The notes under the pieces: generated by a model
Databases searched by the model: none
What the model was told of the DNA's origin: nothing
What the model saw: only the letters and a program-made list of their open reading frames with translations
From: Candidatus Limnocylindria bacterium
Lineage (GTDB): Bacteria; Chloroflexota; Limnocylindria; P2-11E
Direction: 5' to 3'
DNA length: 64,000 nucleotides
NCBI GenBank assembly: GCA_038227105.1
Contig: JBBRQB010000002.1
Span: forward strand, 7,983 to 71,982
Shown: positions 53,557-63,819 of the stretch, piece by piece
Layout of the letters: each line of letters starts with the position of its first letter
Position numbering within the stretch: position 1 is the stretch's first letter
Made by a program: the position numbers and the translations under genes

Positions 53557-54890
53557 GCGCGCTCTCCGACGAGCGCCCTCCAATCGACATCGTGCAGGCG
53601 CGCGCTGTCGCGGAGCTCGCGTCCGACCTTCGCGACCGGGCGTCCTTCGGCACGCACGATGTCGGCGGTGTGATCGAAGCCGGCACCGTGCACGAGTGCC
53701 GACCCGACCCCGTAGACGTCGACAGGCACGCCGAGCTGCTCGAAGCGCGCGATCTTGTCCCGGTCGAAGCCGCCAGATGCCACGATCCGCACGTGTCCGT
53801 AACCGGCGGCGTCGAGCGCCTGGCGGAGGATCTGGATGAGGCGGGGCGTGACCCCGCGGATCTCGTCCTTGCCCGCGACGCCGTCGCTCGTCTCGATCTC
53901 GCGCAGGATCGACGTGTCGATCAGCGACTCGCTCGTGTCGACGCGGACGCCCCACAGCCGCTGCCCGAGCGCGTGCGCCACGCCCAGCGACGTGTTCACC
54001 ACGTCGTTCTGGAAGTCGACGAGGCTCGTCACGTTCACGTGGCCTTCGGGCGTACCCGATGCGGTGAGGTGACCGATCGCCTCGCTGGTGCGGTTGATGT
54101 ACTCATCGAACTTCAGCGTGGCGACTGTCGTGTCGCCGCCATACACGGCGATGAGCGCGTGCGGAACGGTGCCGAGTCCGGTCGAGCCCCACCACTCGCC
54201 CTGCTCGTCCGTCGACACGCCGGTCGCGCCGCCAACATAGGCCGCGTAGCCCGCTCCGGCCTGCGCCTCGTGAGCCTGATGGCGCGCGCCGAACATGATC
54301 ACGGGCTTCCCGTTCGCGGCCGTGACGACGTCGCGGGTATTCGTCGCGACGCGCGTGCCCTCCGCGAGCGCACCGAGGTACAGCGTCTCGAGATGCGCGA
54401 ACAAGGCGTACTCGCCTTCGATGATCATCACCGGCTCGCCCGGCTGTGCGGTCTCGCCGTCGTGCAGCGAGCTCACCTTCAGGTCACGCCATCCGGGCTC
54501 CCACAGCGACGCGAGCTCGAGCGACAGCTCGAAGACCTCGCGTGCGAGCGGCGCGTAGGCGTCCCAACCGCCGCTCGCGGGCAAGGCGGACCAGTGCGCG
54601 TACGCGCGCCGCTCCGCGTCGAGATAGTGCGCGAACAGCGCGTCGCTCTTCTTCCGGTCGCGGTACCGTCCCGTGCCGGTGTGGAGGATCGCGAGCGTGT
54701 GGTCGGTGCCGACGATGACCGCCGACGGGTGCTTCTGGAAGACCTGCATCGTGACGCGATCGCGGCGGCCGTCCTTCTCGAGGATGAGCTTCGTGCGCGC
54801 GAAGTAGATGTCGCTCTTGTAGCCGGCGCGGATCTTCTCGACCGGCAGCCGGAACGTCTCCGGCCGGAGCCGGTCGGCGACGATCACCAC
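53535..54890 (-). CDS. Nicotinate phosphoribosyltransferase family protein
   Basis: ORF track 451 aa: YKSDIYFARTKLIL...IMFGARHQ...VDVYGVGSAL are NAPRTase motifs. GTG start overlaps the SDR TGA. Confidence 0.75.
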   Translation of the reverse strand: MVIVADRLRPETFRLPVEKIRAGYKSDIYFARTKLILEKDGRRDRVTMQVFQKHPSAVIVGTDHTLAILHTGTGRYRDRKKSDALFAHYLDAERRAYAHWSALPASGGWDAYAPLAREVFELSLELASLWEPGWRDLKVSSLHDGETAQPGEPVMIIEGEYALFAHLETLYLGALAEGTRVATNTRDVVTAANGKPVIMFGARHQAHEAQAGAGYAAYVGGATGVSTDEQGEWWGSTGLGTVPHALIAVYGGDTTVATLKFDEYINRTSEAIGHLTASGTPEGHVNVTSLVDFQNDVVNTSLGVAHALGQRLWGVRVDTSESLIDTSILREIETSDGVAGKDEIRGVTPRLIQILRQALDAAGYGHVRIVASGGFDRDKIARFEQLGVPVDVYGVGSALVHGAGFDHTADIVRAEGRPVAKVGRELRDSARLHDVDWRALVGERAWAQAIS

Positions 54891-55675
54891 ATGCTCGTGA
54901 GCATGCCGCCGTCGACCTGCAAACTGACACCGGTGATGTACGAGGCCCTGGGGGAGGCGAGGAAGACGGCGGCCGCGGCGAACTCATCCGGCCGGCCGTA
55001 GCGGCCGAGCGGGATGGCGCCGCCCTTCTCGAAGCGCTCCTGGATCTTCTCGATCGTGACGCCCTCGCGCTTGGCGGTATCGGCGTCGAGCTGGGCGATG
55101 CGCTCGGTCGAGATGCGCCCCGGCTGGATCGCGTTCACGCGGATCCCGTCCGGGGCAAGCTCGGTGGAAAGCGTCTTCAGCAGACCGTGGACCGCTGCGC
55201 GCAGGCCGTTCGAGAGGATGAGCGTCCCGTACGCCGGCGATCCCGGCTGACGGACCGACGTGGACGTGGAGAACACGATCGAGCCCTTCGACGTCCGGAG
55301 CTCCGGCAGTGCGAGGCGGGTGAGCCGCACTGCGGAAAGGAGCGTGAGCTCGAAGGCCCTCTGCCACGCTGCGTCGTCGAGGTCCGCGAACGTCCCGGGC
55401 GTCGGACCACCCGCGTTCACGATGAGGATGTCGATGCCGCCGAGTGCCTGGACCGCGCCCTCGACGAACGCCGTGCAGCCAGCCTCGGTGCTCACGTCCG
55501 CCGCGATGCCCTTTTCGGCGCCGATCTCGTTCGCGACCTGCTCGATGCGCTCACGCTCGCGCGAGCAGATCACGACGCGTGCCTGCTCGGCGATGAATTC
55601 GGCTGCGATCGCCCGCCCGAGGCCTTTGCTCGCCGCGGCAACGAGGACGCGCTTGCCCGCGAGGCCGAGATCCAC
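54884..55675 (-). CDS. SDR-family oxidoreductase
   Basis: ORF track frame 54884..55723, trimmed to GTG 55675. (M)DLGLAGKRVLVAAASKGLGRAIAAEF (TGxxxGxG-like)...NAGGP...STSVRQPGSPAYGTLILSNGLRA (YxxxK region). Confidence 0.8.
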   Translation of the reverse strand: MDLGLAGKRVLVAAASKGLGRAIAAEFIAEQARVVICSRERERIEQVANEIGAEKGIAADVSTEAGCTAFVEGAVQALGGIDILIVNAGGPTPGTFADLDDAAWQRAFELTLLSAVRLTRLALPELRTSKGSIVFSTSTSVRQPGSPAYGTLILSNGLRAAVHGLLKTLSTELAPDGIRVNAIQPGRISTERIAQLDADTAKREGVTIEKIQERFEKGGAIPLGRYGRPDEFAAAAVFLASPRASYITGVSLQVDGGMLTSMW

Positions 55676-55677
55676 CG

Positions 55678-55887
55678 CTACTTCGGCCCGGCGGGCCTGG
55701 CGTTCATCGCGAAGCGCGCCCACACGACGCTGAGCACGGCGAGCCCGAAGAACAGGAGCGCGTGCTTGACGTGGGAGCCGGTCGGATCGTCGCCGACGAA
55801 CGGATGGCTCGGTCCCGGCACCAGGTAGAAGACCGCGATGAGGAGGCAGATGACGGCGACCGCGAGCGGAAGAGCAGCCCGGTTCAT
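55678..55887 (-). CDS. Small membrane protein (2 TM helices)
   Basis: ORF track 69 aa. ATG preceded by AAGGAG, 1 nt after the uppP stop; stop adjacent to the SDR start. Confidence 0.5.
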   Translation of the reverse strand: MNRAALPLAVAVICLLIAVFYLVPGPSHPFVGDDPTGSHVKHALLFFGLAVLSVVWARFAMNARPAGPK

Positions 55888-55888
55888 T

Positions 55889-56728
55889 TCAGCTCCTTAG
55901 GCCAAGGATGATGAGCGACAGCACGCCGAATGCCCAGCAGTAGTACGCGAACGGATCGAGGCGACCGACCTTGAAGTAGCGCATGAGGAAGGTCACGCTC
56001 AGCCAGGCCGTGATCCCGGCCACGACGGCACCGGCAAGTGCCTGGCCAAGCATGGCCTGACCATCCGGACCGAACAGGAGCGGCACTTCGAGCAGGCCCG
56101 CCCCGAGGATGATCGGCGTCGCGAGCAGGAACGAGAACCTCGCCGAGGTCTCGTGGTCGAGACCGGCCGCGAGCCCGGCGACCATGGTCGCGCCGCTCCG
56201 CGAGATCCCCGGGAAGAGCGCCGCCGACTGCGCCGCGCCGATCAGCACCGCCTGGCGCCAGCTCAGGATAGCGATCGTGCTGCCTTCGCGCGCGCGCTGC
56301 CGGCGGACCCGCTCACCGATGAACAGCACGAAACCGTTGACGATGAGGAACGCCGCGGCGATCGCCGGGGCGGCGAACAGCACCTTCAGCTGCTTTTCGA
56401 AGAAGAGACCGATGACCGCGGCCGGGACGGTCCCGAGCACGACCATCCAGGCGATGTGCTCCTCGGGGTCGTCGCTCAGCTTTCCGCGCACGACGCTCCG
56501 CAAGAGTGCGCGGATGATCGAGACCCACTCGCGCCAGAAGAAGGTGAAGAGCGCGACGGCAGTCCCGAGATGGAGCATGACGACGAACGGCAAGAAGGTG
56601 TGCGAGCTCTGGTCGATCTTCCAGCCGATGAGCGCCGGGATGATCACGGTGTGACCGAGCGAGCTGACCGGAAAGAGCTCGGAGAATCCCTGCAGTGCCG
56701 CGAGGAGCAGCGCTTCGACGAGGCTCAT
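55889..56728 (-). CDS. uppP: Undecaprenyl-diphosphate phosphatase
   Basis: ORF track 279 aa: MSLVEALLLAALQGFSELFPVSSLGHTVII...SRSGATM is the UppP/BacA consensus. Confidence 0.9.
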   Translation of the reverse strand: MSLVEALLLAALQGFSELFPVSSLGHTVIIPALIGWKIDQSSHTFLPFVVMLHLGTAVALFTFFWREWVSIIRALLRSVVRGKLSDDPEEHIAWMVVLGTVPAAVIGLFFEKQLKVLFAAPAIAAAFLIVNGFVLFIGERVRRQRAREGSTIAILSWRQAVLIGAAQSAALFPGISRSGATMVAGLAAGLDHETSARFSFLLATPIILGAGLLEVPLLFGPDGQAMLGQALAGAVVAGITAWLSVTFLMRYFKVGRLDPFAYYCWAFGVLSLIILGLRS

Positions 56729-57475
56729 TTACCTCATGGTCGCACGGGCGGCCCGGAGCGCGTCGTGGGCCTCGCGCTCGTGTCCGAGCACCACGTCGAG
56801 CGCCTTCGCGATGCCGCGCCGGTGGCCCGGGTCGATGAAGCGCATCGCGACCGACGGATCGAATGGCTTCGTGCCGAGCTTGTCGAGGGCCTCCACCACA
56901 TAGCCGTACGACTCCGCCGCGCGCAGCAGGTCGCCGCCCGGCGTCGAGAAGAGTGACCGGAGACCTCGGAGGAAGCGACCCGCGGCGCGGCGCTTGTCGG
57001 CGAGCACGATGCGCATCGCGTGGTCCGCGAACGCCGCCGTCCCCGCGTGCTTCGCGTCCGCCCAGCGTGCGTCGTCACGGATGGCTGCGGCCCAACCGGT
57101 CAGCGCGGAGTCCGACGCGGCCGCGCGTCCGAGGCCGGCGTCGAGCCCGGCTTTCGCGACGGTCGGTCGATCGGGCTCGCTCCGCTCTCGGTCCAGGAAC
57201 ATCGGCCCGCCGTGTTCGGCGTCCACGAAGTCCGGCCAGCCGATCTCGCTTGGCTTGTCGCCCTTGTCGAAGAACGTCCGCACGAGGAACCGGTCCGGGT
57301 CGCTGTAGCCGACGATGAGCCCGAACTCAGGTGGCCCCACCGCGCCTCGGATGAGCGGCGGCAGCTTGCCGTCGATGGCCTCGCGGATCCGCGCGCCAAC
57401 GAGCTCGCGCATGTCGTCGTCGTATGGAGGCGGGACGTCGTCGAGCCGCACGCCTGCGGCATGTGCCGCGAGCAC
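56729..57475 (-). CDS. Hypothetical protein (possibly BtrH_N/DUF4872-like); N-terminus likely extends upstream
   Basis: ORF track 248 aa from GTG 57475. The same frame stays open for ~200 bp upstream to the pmbA TAG and encodes a plausible peptide ...RFGEGHECSFPAALSVATKTEYDWLLGCSGAAFDVTIDLAGFDPL. Confidence 0.5.
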   Translation of the reverse strand: MLAAHAAGVRLDDVPPPYDDDMRELVGARIREAIDGKLPPLIRGAVGPPEFGLIVGYSDPDRFLVRTFFDKGDKPSEIGWPDFVDAEHGGPMFLDRERSEPDRPTVAKAGLDAGLGRAAASDSALTGWAAAIRDDARWADAKHAGTAAFADHAMRIVLADKRRAAGRFLRGLRSLFSTPGGDLLRAAESYGYVVEALDKLGTKPFDPSVAMRFIDPGHRRGIAKALDVVLGHEREAHDALRAARATMR

Positions 57476-57682
57476 CCGCGTCTCGGGATCGCGTGGGGTC
57501 GCCGCGAGCGGATCGAAGCCCGCAAGGTCGATGGTGACGTCGAACGCGGCGCCCGAGCAGCCCAGCAGCCAGTCGTACTCCGTCTTCGTCGCGACCGAGA
57601 GCGCCGCGGGAAAGCTGCACTCGTGACCCTCGCCGAAGCGGAGCGGTCCGATGTCGCGCAGCAGCTTGGTCAGGGCACCGGC

Positions 57683-59035
57683 CTACGCCCCACCGATGGA
57701 CAGCTCGGAGATGACGAACGTCGGGCTCCCGATACCCGATGAGCCGAACACGAGGTCGTTCGCGACACCGGTGATCGACGACAGGAGGGTCGTGAGGTTC
57801 CCCGCGATCGTGATGCCCTGGACCGGATAGAGCCGCTCGCCGCGCTCGAGGTAATCGCCCGTCGCACCGAGCGAGAACTCGCCCGAGATGGGGTCGATCG
57901 TGTGAAGATTCAGCAGCGACGTGATCCGCAGCGACCGGTCGAGGCCGCGTACGAGCTCGTCCGGTCCCGTCGCACCGGCCGCCAGGTGGAAGTTCGCCGC
58001 CCCGATGCGGCTCGGTGCGGCGTACGAGCCGCGCCGTGCGTTGCCCGTCGGCGCTTGCTCCATCTTCTTCGACGTCTTGAGCGACGAAAGGTAGCCGCGC
58101 AGCACGCCACCCTCGACGAGCGTCTGCGTCGTCGTCGCGACACCCTCGCCGTCGAACGGCGCGCTACGCAGTGCGCCCGGCGTTCGCGCGTCGTCGACGA
58201 TCGTCACGTGATCGCTGGCGATGGCCGTACCGGTCTTCCCGGCGAACAGGCTCTTGCCCTTGATCACCGCGTCCGCGGAGAAGAGTGGGATGATCGCGCT
58301 CAGCAGCGACATGCCCATGAACGGATCGAGCACGATCGGGAGCTTCTGGGTCTTGAACGGCTTCGCCCCGAGCTTGCCGACCGCGCGCTCCGCGGCGACG
58401 CGGCCCACGGCGTCCGGATCGACGAGCCTGAACTGCCGCTTCGCCTCGCCGTGGTAGCCGATCTGCCGTTCGTCCCCGTCGGTCGCGACCGCGGACGTCC
58501 CGACGCTGAAGTACGTCTCCCGGTACGAGCCGCGGACGTCGGCCGTCGTCGCGACGATCGTGGCGAGCGATCCGTCGCTGTAGGTCGTCTTCCGGAATCC
58601 GCTGATCCGCTTGTCCACAGCCTTCGCCGCCAGCTCGACCGCGAGCGCGACCACGGTGCGCTGCGCGACGGAGCGGTCGTCGATCCCGGTCTCGTAGAGC
58701 TCGAGGTCCGGGCTATCGACCTTCTTCGTCGCGATGGAGACGTCGGGATCGGGCTCGGTGACCGATGCGATGTCCCGCGCTGACGTCACGCACTCTTCGA
58801 TGCCCGCCGTCGAGAGGTCGCTCGTGTACGCGAACCCGACGTGCCCGCCGCGGAGCACGCGGACGCCGATGCCGCGCTCGCCTCGCGTGATGGCGTTCTC
58901 GACGGCGCCGTCGCGGACCTCGACCGATGTCGACTGGCCGTCCCGCAGGAAGACCTCTCCACCATCGACGCGCAGACCCGTGATCGATGCGATCGCCCGA
59001 TCCACGACCGCATCGTCCGTCAGTCGCTCACTCAT
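57683..59035 (-). CDS. pmbA: TldE/PmbA-family metalloprotease
   Basis: ORF track frame 57683..59257, trimmed to ATG 59035 (ATGA overlap with the tldD stop). MSERLTDDAVVDRAIA... Confidence 0.85.
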   Translation of the reverse strand: MSERLTDDAVVDRAIASITGLRVDGGEVFLRDGQSTSVEVRDGAVENAITRGERGIGVRVLRGGHVGFAYTSDLSTAGIEECVTSARDIASVTEPDPDVSIATKKVDSPDLELYETGIDDRSVAQRTVVALAVELAAKAVDKRISGFRKTTYSDGSLATIVATTADVRGSYRETYFSVGTSAVATDGDERQIGYHGEAKRQFRLVDPDAVGRVAAERAVGKLGAKPFKTQKLPIVLDPFMGMSLLSAIIPLFSADAVIKGKSLFAGKTGTAIASDHVTIVDDARTPGALRSAPFDGEGVATTTQTLVEGGVLRGYLSSLKTSKKMEQAPTGNARRGSYAAPSRIGAANFHLAAGATGPDELVRGLDRSLRITSLLNLHTIDPISGEFSLGATGDYLERGERLYPVQGITIAGNLTTLLSSITGVANDLVFGSSGIGSPTFVISELSIGGA

Positions 59036-60459
59036 GCGGGTTGTGCGACCTTGCCGCCGACCACGACGCTCGGGATGCGGAGCGTCGGCTGCGCATCGGC
59101 GACCGGCGCGCCCTGCCCGTCCTTGCCGCAGGTGCCGACGGAATAGCCGAGGTCCCAGCCGACCATGTCGATCTCGCTCATGAGCTTCGGGCCCTGGCCG
59201 ACGAGCGTCGCGCCGCGGAGCGGCTCGGCCTGCTTGCCGTCGCGGATCCGGTAGCACTCGGTGATCTCGAAGGCGAAGTTGCCGCTCACCACATCTACCT
59301 GGCCGCCGCCCATGCCCTTGACGAAGATCCCATCCGTGACCGACGCGAGGATCTCCGCCGGATCGGACGTCCCGCGCGCGATCATCGTGGTCGTCATCCG
59401 ACAGATCGGCAGGTGGCGGAACGATTCACGCCGCCCGTTCCCGCTCTCCGCGATCCCGAGCTTCTTCGCGTGCTTCTTGTCGCTGAGGTATGTCTTCAGG
59501 ATCCCCTTGTCGATGAGCACCGTGCGATGCGTCTGGGTGCCCTCGTCGTCCATCGCCGCGGTGCCCCGCGTGCCGGGGTCGGTCCCATCGTCGAGCACCG
59601 TGATCAGCTCGCTCGCGACCTTCTCCCCGAGGCGCCCCGAGTACACCGACATCCCCTTGAGATTCAGGTCTGCCTCGAGCCCGTGGCCGACCGACTCGTG
59701 GATCAGCGTGCCGCCGGCCTCGCTCGAGAGCACGACCGTGTATGTGCCGGCCGGCGCGGGCTCGGCGGCGACGTTCTGGACCGCGAGCCGCGCCGCGGTG
59801 CGCGCGGTCTCGAGGACCGCCTCCTCGGTGAGCATTTCGAAACCCTCGGTGCCGGCCTTTGCCTTGTAGCCGGACTCGAGGATCTCGCCCTGCTTCGCCG
59901 TTACGAGCACGCCGAACACGAGACGGGTGCGCGTGTCCGTCCGGAAGCGGCCCTCGCTGTTCGCGACGACCACGTCCTGCACGCTCTCCCGGTACAGCAC
60001 GGTGACCTGATGGACGCGGGGGTCGAAGGCCCGCGCCTCCCGGTTGGCGAGCTTCATGAGCTCGACCTTGCGCTCGATCGCCACGGTCCGTGGATCGGTC
60101 GCGACGGTCGAGGGGCGGGGAAGTGTGTCGGCGGAGATCGCGGTGACCTCGCGCGTGCCGCCGTCGCCGGCGATGGCAGCGGCGGCGCGGCCGGCGATCG
60201 CGAGCAGGTCGTCGCCGTCGTTCACGTTTCCGTTGGCGTACACCCCCCGATCACCCGCCGTCACGCGGATGCCGGCGCCCTGATCGACGCCGGTGATGGC
60301 GTCCTCGAGCTTGTTGTCGTCGAGCGTGAGCGTCACCACGTTGTGCCGCTCCCAGAAGAGCTCCGCCCACTCGCCGCCGCGCGAGAGCGCGGTGCGAAGT
60401 GCGCGGTCGGCCGCCTTCTCCGTGACGGTCATGGTGCGAGGCAGCGTGAGAGTAGACAT
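59032..60459 (-). CDS. tldD: TldD-family metalloprotease
   Basis: ORF track 475 aa: LIHESVGHGLEAD (HExxxH motif) ...GGQVDVVSGNFAFE. Confidence 0.9.
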   Translation of the reverse strand: MSTLTLPRTMTVTEKAADRALRTALSRGGEWAELFWERHNVVTLTLDDNKLEDAITGVDQGAGIRVTAGDRGVYANGNVNDGDDLLAIAGRAAAAIAGDGGTREVTAISADTLPRPSTVATDPRTVAIERKVELMKLANREARAFDPRVHQVTVLYRESVQDVVVANSEGRFRTDTRTRLVFGVLVTAKQGEILESGYKAKAGTEGFEMLTEEAVLETARTAARLAVQNVAAEPAPAGTYTVVLSSEAGGTLIHESVGHGLEADLNLKGMSVYSGRLGEKVASELITVLDDGTDPGTRGTAAMDDEGTQTHRTVLIDKGILKTYLSDKKHAKKLGIAESGNGRRESFRHLPICRMTTTMIARGTSDPAEILASVTDGIFVKGMGGGQVDVVSGNFAFEITECYRIRDGKQAEPLRGATLVGQGPKLMSEIDMVGWDLGYSVGTCGKDGQGAPVADAQPTLRIPSVVVGGKVAQPA

Positions 60460-60491
60460 GGGCTCGCTCCTCCCCCTAGAAGACGCCGAGT

Positions 60492-60908
60492 CTAGCCAGA
60501 GTCGTCGCCGACGAGCGTGACGGTCACCTGACGGCGCCGCGGGCCGTCGAACTCCGCGAAGTAGATGCCTTGCCAGCGGCCCAGCGCGAGCTTCCCGCTG
60601 CGGACCGCGACGGTCACGGCGGTGCCGACCAGGATGGACTTGATGTGCGCAGGCGAGTTGCCCTCGGCATGCCGGTAGTCTCTAGCGTCGGGCACGAGCC
60701 GCGTGAGGGTCGCGAGCACGTCACGCTGCACGTCCGGATCGGCGTTCTCGTTGATGCAGATGCCCGCGGTCGTGTGCGCGACCGTGACCGTGCAGATGCC
60801 CTCGCCGATCCCCGATCCCTCCACGACCCCCGCCACCTGCGACGTGATGTCTATCGTTTCCGCCCTCGACCTGGTCTCGATCCGAAGCTCGTGGTGCAGG
60901 ACGGTCAC
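60492..60908 (-). CDS. YjbQ/UPF0047 family secondary thiamine-phosphate synthase-like protein
   Basis: ORF track 138 aa: ...DITSQVAGVV...GICTVTVAHTTAGICINENADPDV...HIKSIL... is the YjbQ pattern. Confidence 0.75.
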   Translation of the reverse strand: MTVLHHELRIETRSRAETIDITSQVAGVVEGSGIGEGICTVTVAHTTAGICINENADPDVQRDVLATLTRLVPDARDYRHAEGNSPAHIKSILVGTAVTVAVRSGKLALGRWQGIYFAEFDGPRRRQVTVTLVGDDSG

Positions 60909-61879
60909 GCGTGCGCTGGCCCTGGGGCGTGCTCCGCGATGATCCGCGACAGCACCGAGGGCGATGCGTTGCCGCCGCTGACGACCAGCACCGTTCGTCC
61001 GCGCGCCATCACCACGCCGGAGCGCACCGCCGCGAGCGTGGCCGCGCCTGATGGCTCGACGAGGAGCGAGAGGTGCTCGAGGTAGTCGTACGTGGCCGAC
61101 TCGATGGCCGTATCGGTCACGGTGACCATGTCGTCCACGTACTTCCTGATGAGATCGACGTTGAGCTGGCTCGTGCTCTTGGCGACGAGCTTGTCGGCGA
61201 CGCTGTGCGGGTGATCCAGCACCACCGGGTGGCCCGCGGCGCGGGAACGCCGGACGGCATCAGCGCCCTCCGGTTCGACGCCGATCATGCGGACGGACGG
61301 CAAGCGCTCCTTCAACGCGAGCGCCGCGCCCGCGAGGAGACCGCCACCGCCGACGCCCACCAGGACCGTGTCGACGTCGGGCACGTCGTCGAAGATCTCG
61401 AGCCCGATCGTGCCCTGACCGGCCACGATGAGCGGGTCGGCGTACGGATGGACGAACGTCTTGCCCTGCGTGCGCTCGATCTCGTGCGCGAGCGCGAGCG
61501 TGTCGTCGTAGAGCTCACCCGACAGGAGCACCAGGGCGCCGTACGCGCGGCACACGCCGACGGTCGTCTCGGACACGCCGTTCGGCATGACGACGGTCGC
61601 GGGCGCGCCGAGCCGCCAGGCTGCGTACGACACGCCCTGCGCATGGCTTCCCGCGGATGCCGCGACCACGCCGCGCGCGCGAGCAGCGTCGTCGAGCGAC
61701 GCGATCTTGTTGAGCGCGCCGCGCACTTTGAACGTGCGCGTGGGCTTGAAGGTCTCGATCTTCAGCAGGATCTCGGCGCCGAGCAGCTGCGATAGATAGG
61801 GGGAGCGCTCGATGGGCGCCCTGGGGAGGTAACGATCGACGACCACGCGCGCGGCAATGACATCGTCGAGGTCGACCAT
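60905..61879 (-). CDS. Threonine ammonia-lyase (short-form threonine dehydratase), PLP-dependent
   Basis: ORF track frame 60905..62770, trimmed to ATG 61879. ...LLKIETFKPTRTFKVRGALNKI (PLP-Lys)...GVGGGGLLAGAA. Confidence 0.85.
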   Translation of the reverse strand: MVDLDDVIAARVVVDRYLPRAPIERSPYLSQLLGAEILLKIETFKPTRTFKVRGALNKIASLDDAARARGVVAASAGSHAQGVSYAAWRLGAPATVVMPNGVSETTVGVCRAYGALVLLSGELYDDTLALAHEIERTQGKTFVHPYADPLIVAGQGTIGLEIFDDVPDVDTVLVGVGGGGLLAGAALALKERLPSVRMIGVEPEGADAVRRSRAAGHPVVLDHPHSVADKLVAKSTSQLNVDLIRKYVDDMVTVTDTAIESATYDYLEHLSLLVEPSGAATLAAVRSGVVMARGRTVLVVSGGNASPSVLSRIIAEHAPGPAHA

Positions 61880-61900
61880 CGCCGCGACGATACTTCCAAC

Positions 61901-62734
61901 ATGCCAACCCGCGGCGCGGCCCGATGGCGTGCGACGGAGCGACTGCGCTCCGCCGGAGTGCCCGCGGCCGCTCTCGATGCGGATCTGCTGCTCGCCGACG
62001 TGCTCAAGGTGTCGAAGGAGATGCTCGTCGCACATCCGGAGGTCGAGCTCACCGCAGTGGAGTCGGATCGGATCGACGCGCTGGTCGAGCGGCGCTCCGC
62101 CGGGGTCCCGGTCGCGTACCTGCGCGGGTTCAAGGAGTTCTACGGCTTGCGTTTCGCGGTCGACGAGCGCGTGCTGGTGCCGCGACCGGAGACCGAGATC
62201 CTCGTCGATGCTGTGCGCGAGCACGTGGCCGGCCGCGCGCTGACGGTCGTGGACGTCGGGACCGGGTCCGGCGCGATCGCGGTCGCGCTGGCAGTGAGTG
62301 AGCCGCAGCTGCGCCTCATCGCGACCGACGTATCGCGGGACGCGCTCACGGTCGCACAGACGAACGCGGCTGCGAACGGTGCGCGGGTCGAGCTGCGAGT
62401 TGGAGATCTCCTCGCGCCGATCGCCGAGACGGTCGATGTCGTCGCGGCCAACCTTCCGTACCTGCGCGACGACGACCTCGAGGACCTGACCGGCGATCGC
62501 GCGTCGCTTGCCCACGAGCCGCGACTCGCGACGGTGGCGGGTCCCGACGGCCTCGCCCTCGCGCGACGCGCCATCGCGGATCTGCCGCGGGTGCTGTCGC
62601 CTGACGGCGCGGCGTTCTTCGAGTGCGATCCGCCCCAGGTCGGCGCGCTGCGCGTGCTCCTCGAGCCGCTCGGGACGGTCGACGTGCTGCGCGACCTCGC
62701 CGGGCTGGAGCGGGTGGTCCGCCTGCGGCGGTAG
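61901..62734 (+). CDS. prmC: Release-factor glutamine N5-methyltransferase
   Basis: ORF track 277 aa: VVDVGTGSGAIAVALA...VVAANLPYL (NPPY-type motif). Confidence 0.85.
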   Translation: MPTRGAARWRATERLRSAGVPAAALDADLLLADVLKVSKEMLVAHPEVELTAVESDRIDALVERRSAGVPVAYLRGFKEFYGLRFAVDERVLVPRPETEILVDAVREHVAGRALTVVDVGTGSGAIAVALAVSEPQLRLIATDVSRDALTVAQTNAAANGARVELRVGDLLAPIAETVDVVAANLPYLRDDDLEDLTGDRASLAHEPRLATVAGPDGLALARRAIADLPRVLSPDGAAFFECDPPQVGALRVLLEPLGTVDVLRDLAGLERVVRLRR

Positions 62735-62740
62735 CGGGAG

Positions 62741-63379
62741 GTGGGTCCCGCCGGCGAGCCCGCCTATCATCGGCGGATGAAGACCCGCCTCCTACCGGCC
62801 GATGCGCCAGGGGCGGTGGAAGAGGCCGCGACCGCGCTCGAGAACGGGGAGCTCGTCGCGTTCCCCACGGACACCGTCTATGGCCTCGCCGCCGGTCATG
62901 ACCATCTCCGCAAGCTCTACGTGGCCAAGGATCGGCCGAAGGACAAGCGGATCCCGATCCTGCTGTCCGACGTGACCAATCTCGAAGCGAGCGCGATGGT
63001 CACGCCCGCTGCGCGCGCGCTCGCCGCCCGGTTCTGGCCGGGCCCGCTCACGATCGTGCTCGTCGCGCCGCGCCGCGGGAAGATCGCGTTCCGCGTCCCG
63101 GCGAACGATGTCGCGCGCCGGCTCATCGCCGCGAGCGGCGGTGGCCTCCCGGTCACGAGCGCGAACCGCTCGGGCCAGCCGGACTCGACGACCGCGCAAC
63201 GCGTGCTGGAACAGCTCGACGGCCGAGTGTCCATCGTCCTCGATGGGGGAACGACCGCCGGGACCATCCCTTCCACGATCGTCGACTGCACCACGGATCA
63301 GATCACCGTCCTGCGTGAGGGCTCGATCACGCGCGCGCAGCTCGAAGATGCGTTGCTCGGCATCGAGACGTATTCGTGA
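62741..63379 (+). CDS. tsaC: L-threonylcarbamoyladenylate synthase (YrdC/Sua5 family)
   Basis: ORF track 212 aa: LENGELVAFPTDTVYGLAAG...RFWPGPLTIVL...LPVTSANRSGQ. Confidence 0.85.
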   Translation: MGPAGEPAYHRRMKTRLLPADAPGAVEEAATALENGELVAFPTDTVYGLAAGHDHLRKLYVAKDRPKDKRIPILLSDVTNLEASAMVTPAARALAARFWPGPLTIVLVAPRRGKIAFRVPANDVARRLIAASGGGLPVTSANRSGQPDSTTAQRVLEQLDGRVSIVLDGGTTAGTIPSTIVDCTTDQITVLREGSITRAQLEDALLGIETYS

Positions 63380-63819
63380 GGATCGGCATCGCGGCCGATC
63401 ACGCCGGCGTCGACCTGCGGGATCAGCTCGCGCACCACCTCCGGCTCAAGGGTCATGAGGTGGACGACCTGTCGCCCGAGAACGACCCGGAGGATGACTA
63501 CCCGCTCATCGTCGAGCCGCTGGCGCGCGCGGTCGCGTCCGGCCGGTACACCCGCGCCATCTTCTGTTGCGGCTCGGGTATCGGACCCGCGGTCGCGGCG
63601 AACAAGATCCCCGGCGTTCGCGCCGCGGTCGTCGAGCACGAATGGTCCGCGCGCGACGCGGTCGAGCACATCGACCTCAACCTGCTCACACTCGGGGAGC
63701 GGGTCATCGGCATCGAGATCGCGAAGGCCATCGTCGACGCCTACCTCGCCGCCGAGGTGCAGGGCGGACGTCACGAGCGCAGGCGAACGCAGATCGAGAA
63801 GCTGGAGAAGAGCACATGA
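63376..63819 (+). CDS. rpiB: Ribose-5-phosphate isomerase B (RpiB/LacAB family)
   Basis: ORF track 147 aa: [18 protein letters not shown]...[17 protein letters not shown]... Confidence 0.85.
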   Translation: MRIGIAADHAGVDLRDQLAHHLRLKGHEVDDLSPENDPEDDYPLIVEPLARAVASGRYTRAIFCCGSGIGPAVAANKIPGVRAAVVEHEWSARDAVEHIDLNLLTLGERVIGIEIAKAIVDAYLAAEVQGGRHERRRTQIEKLEKST

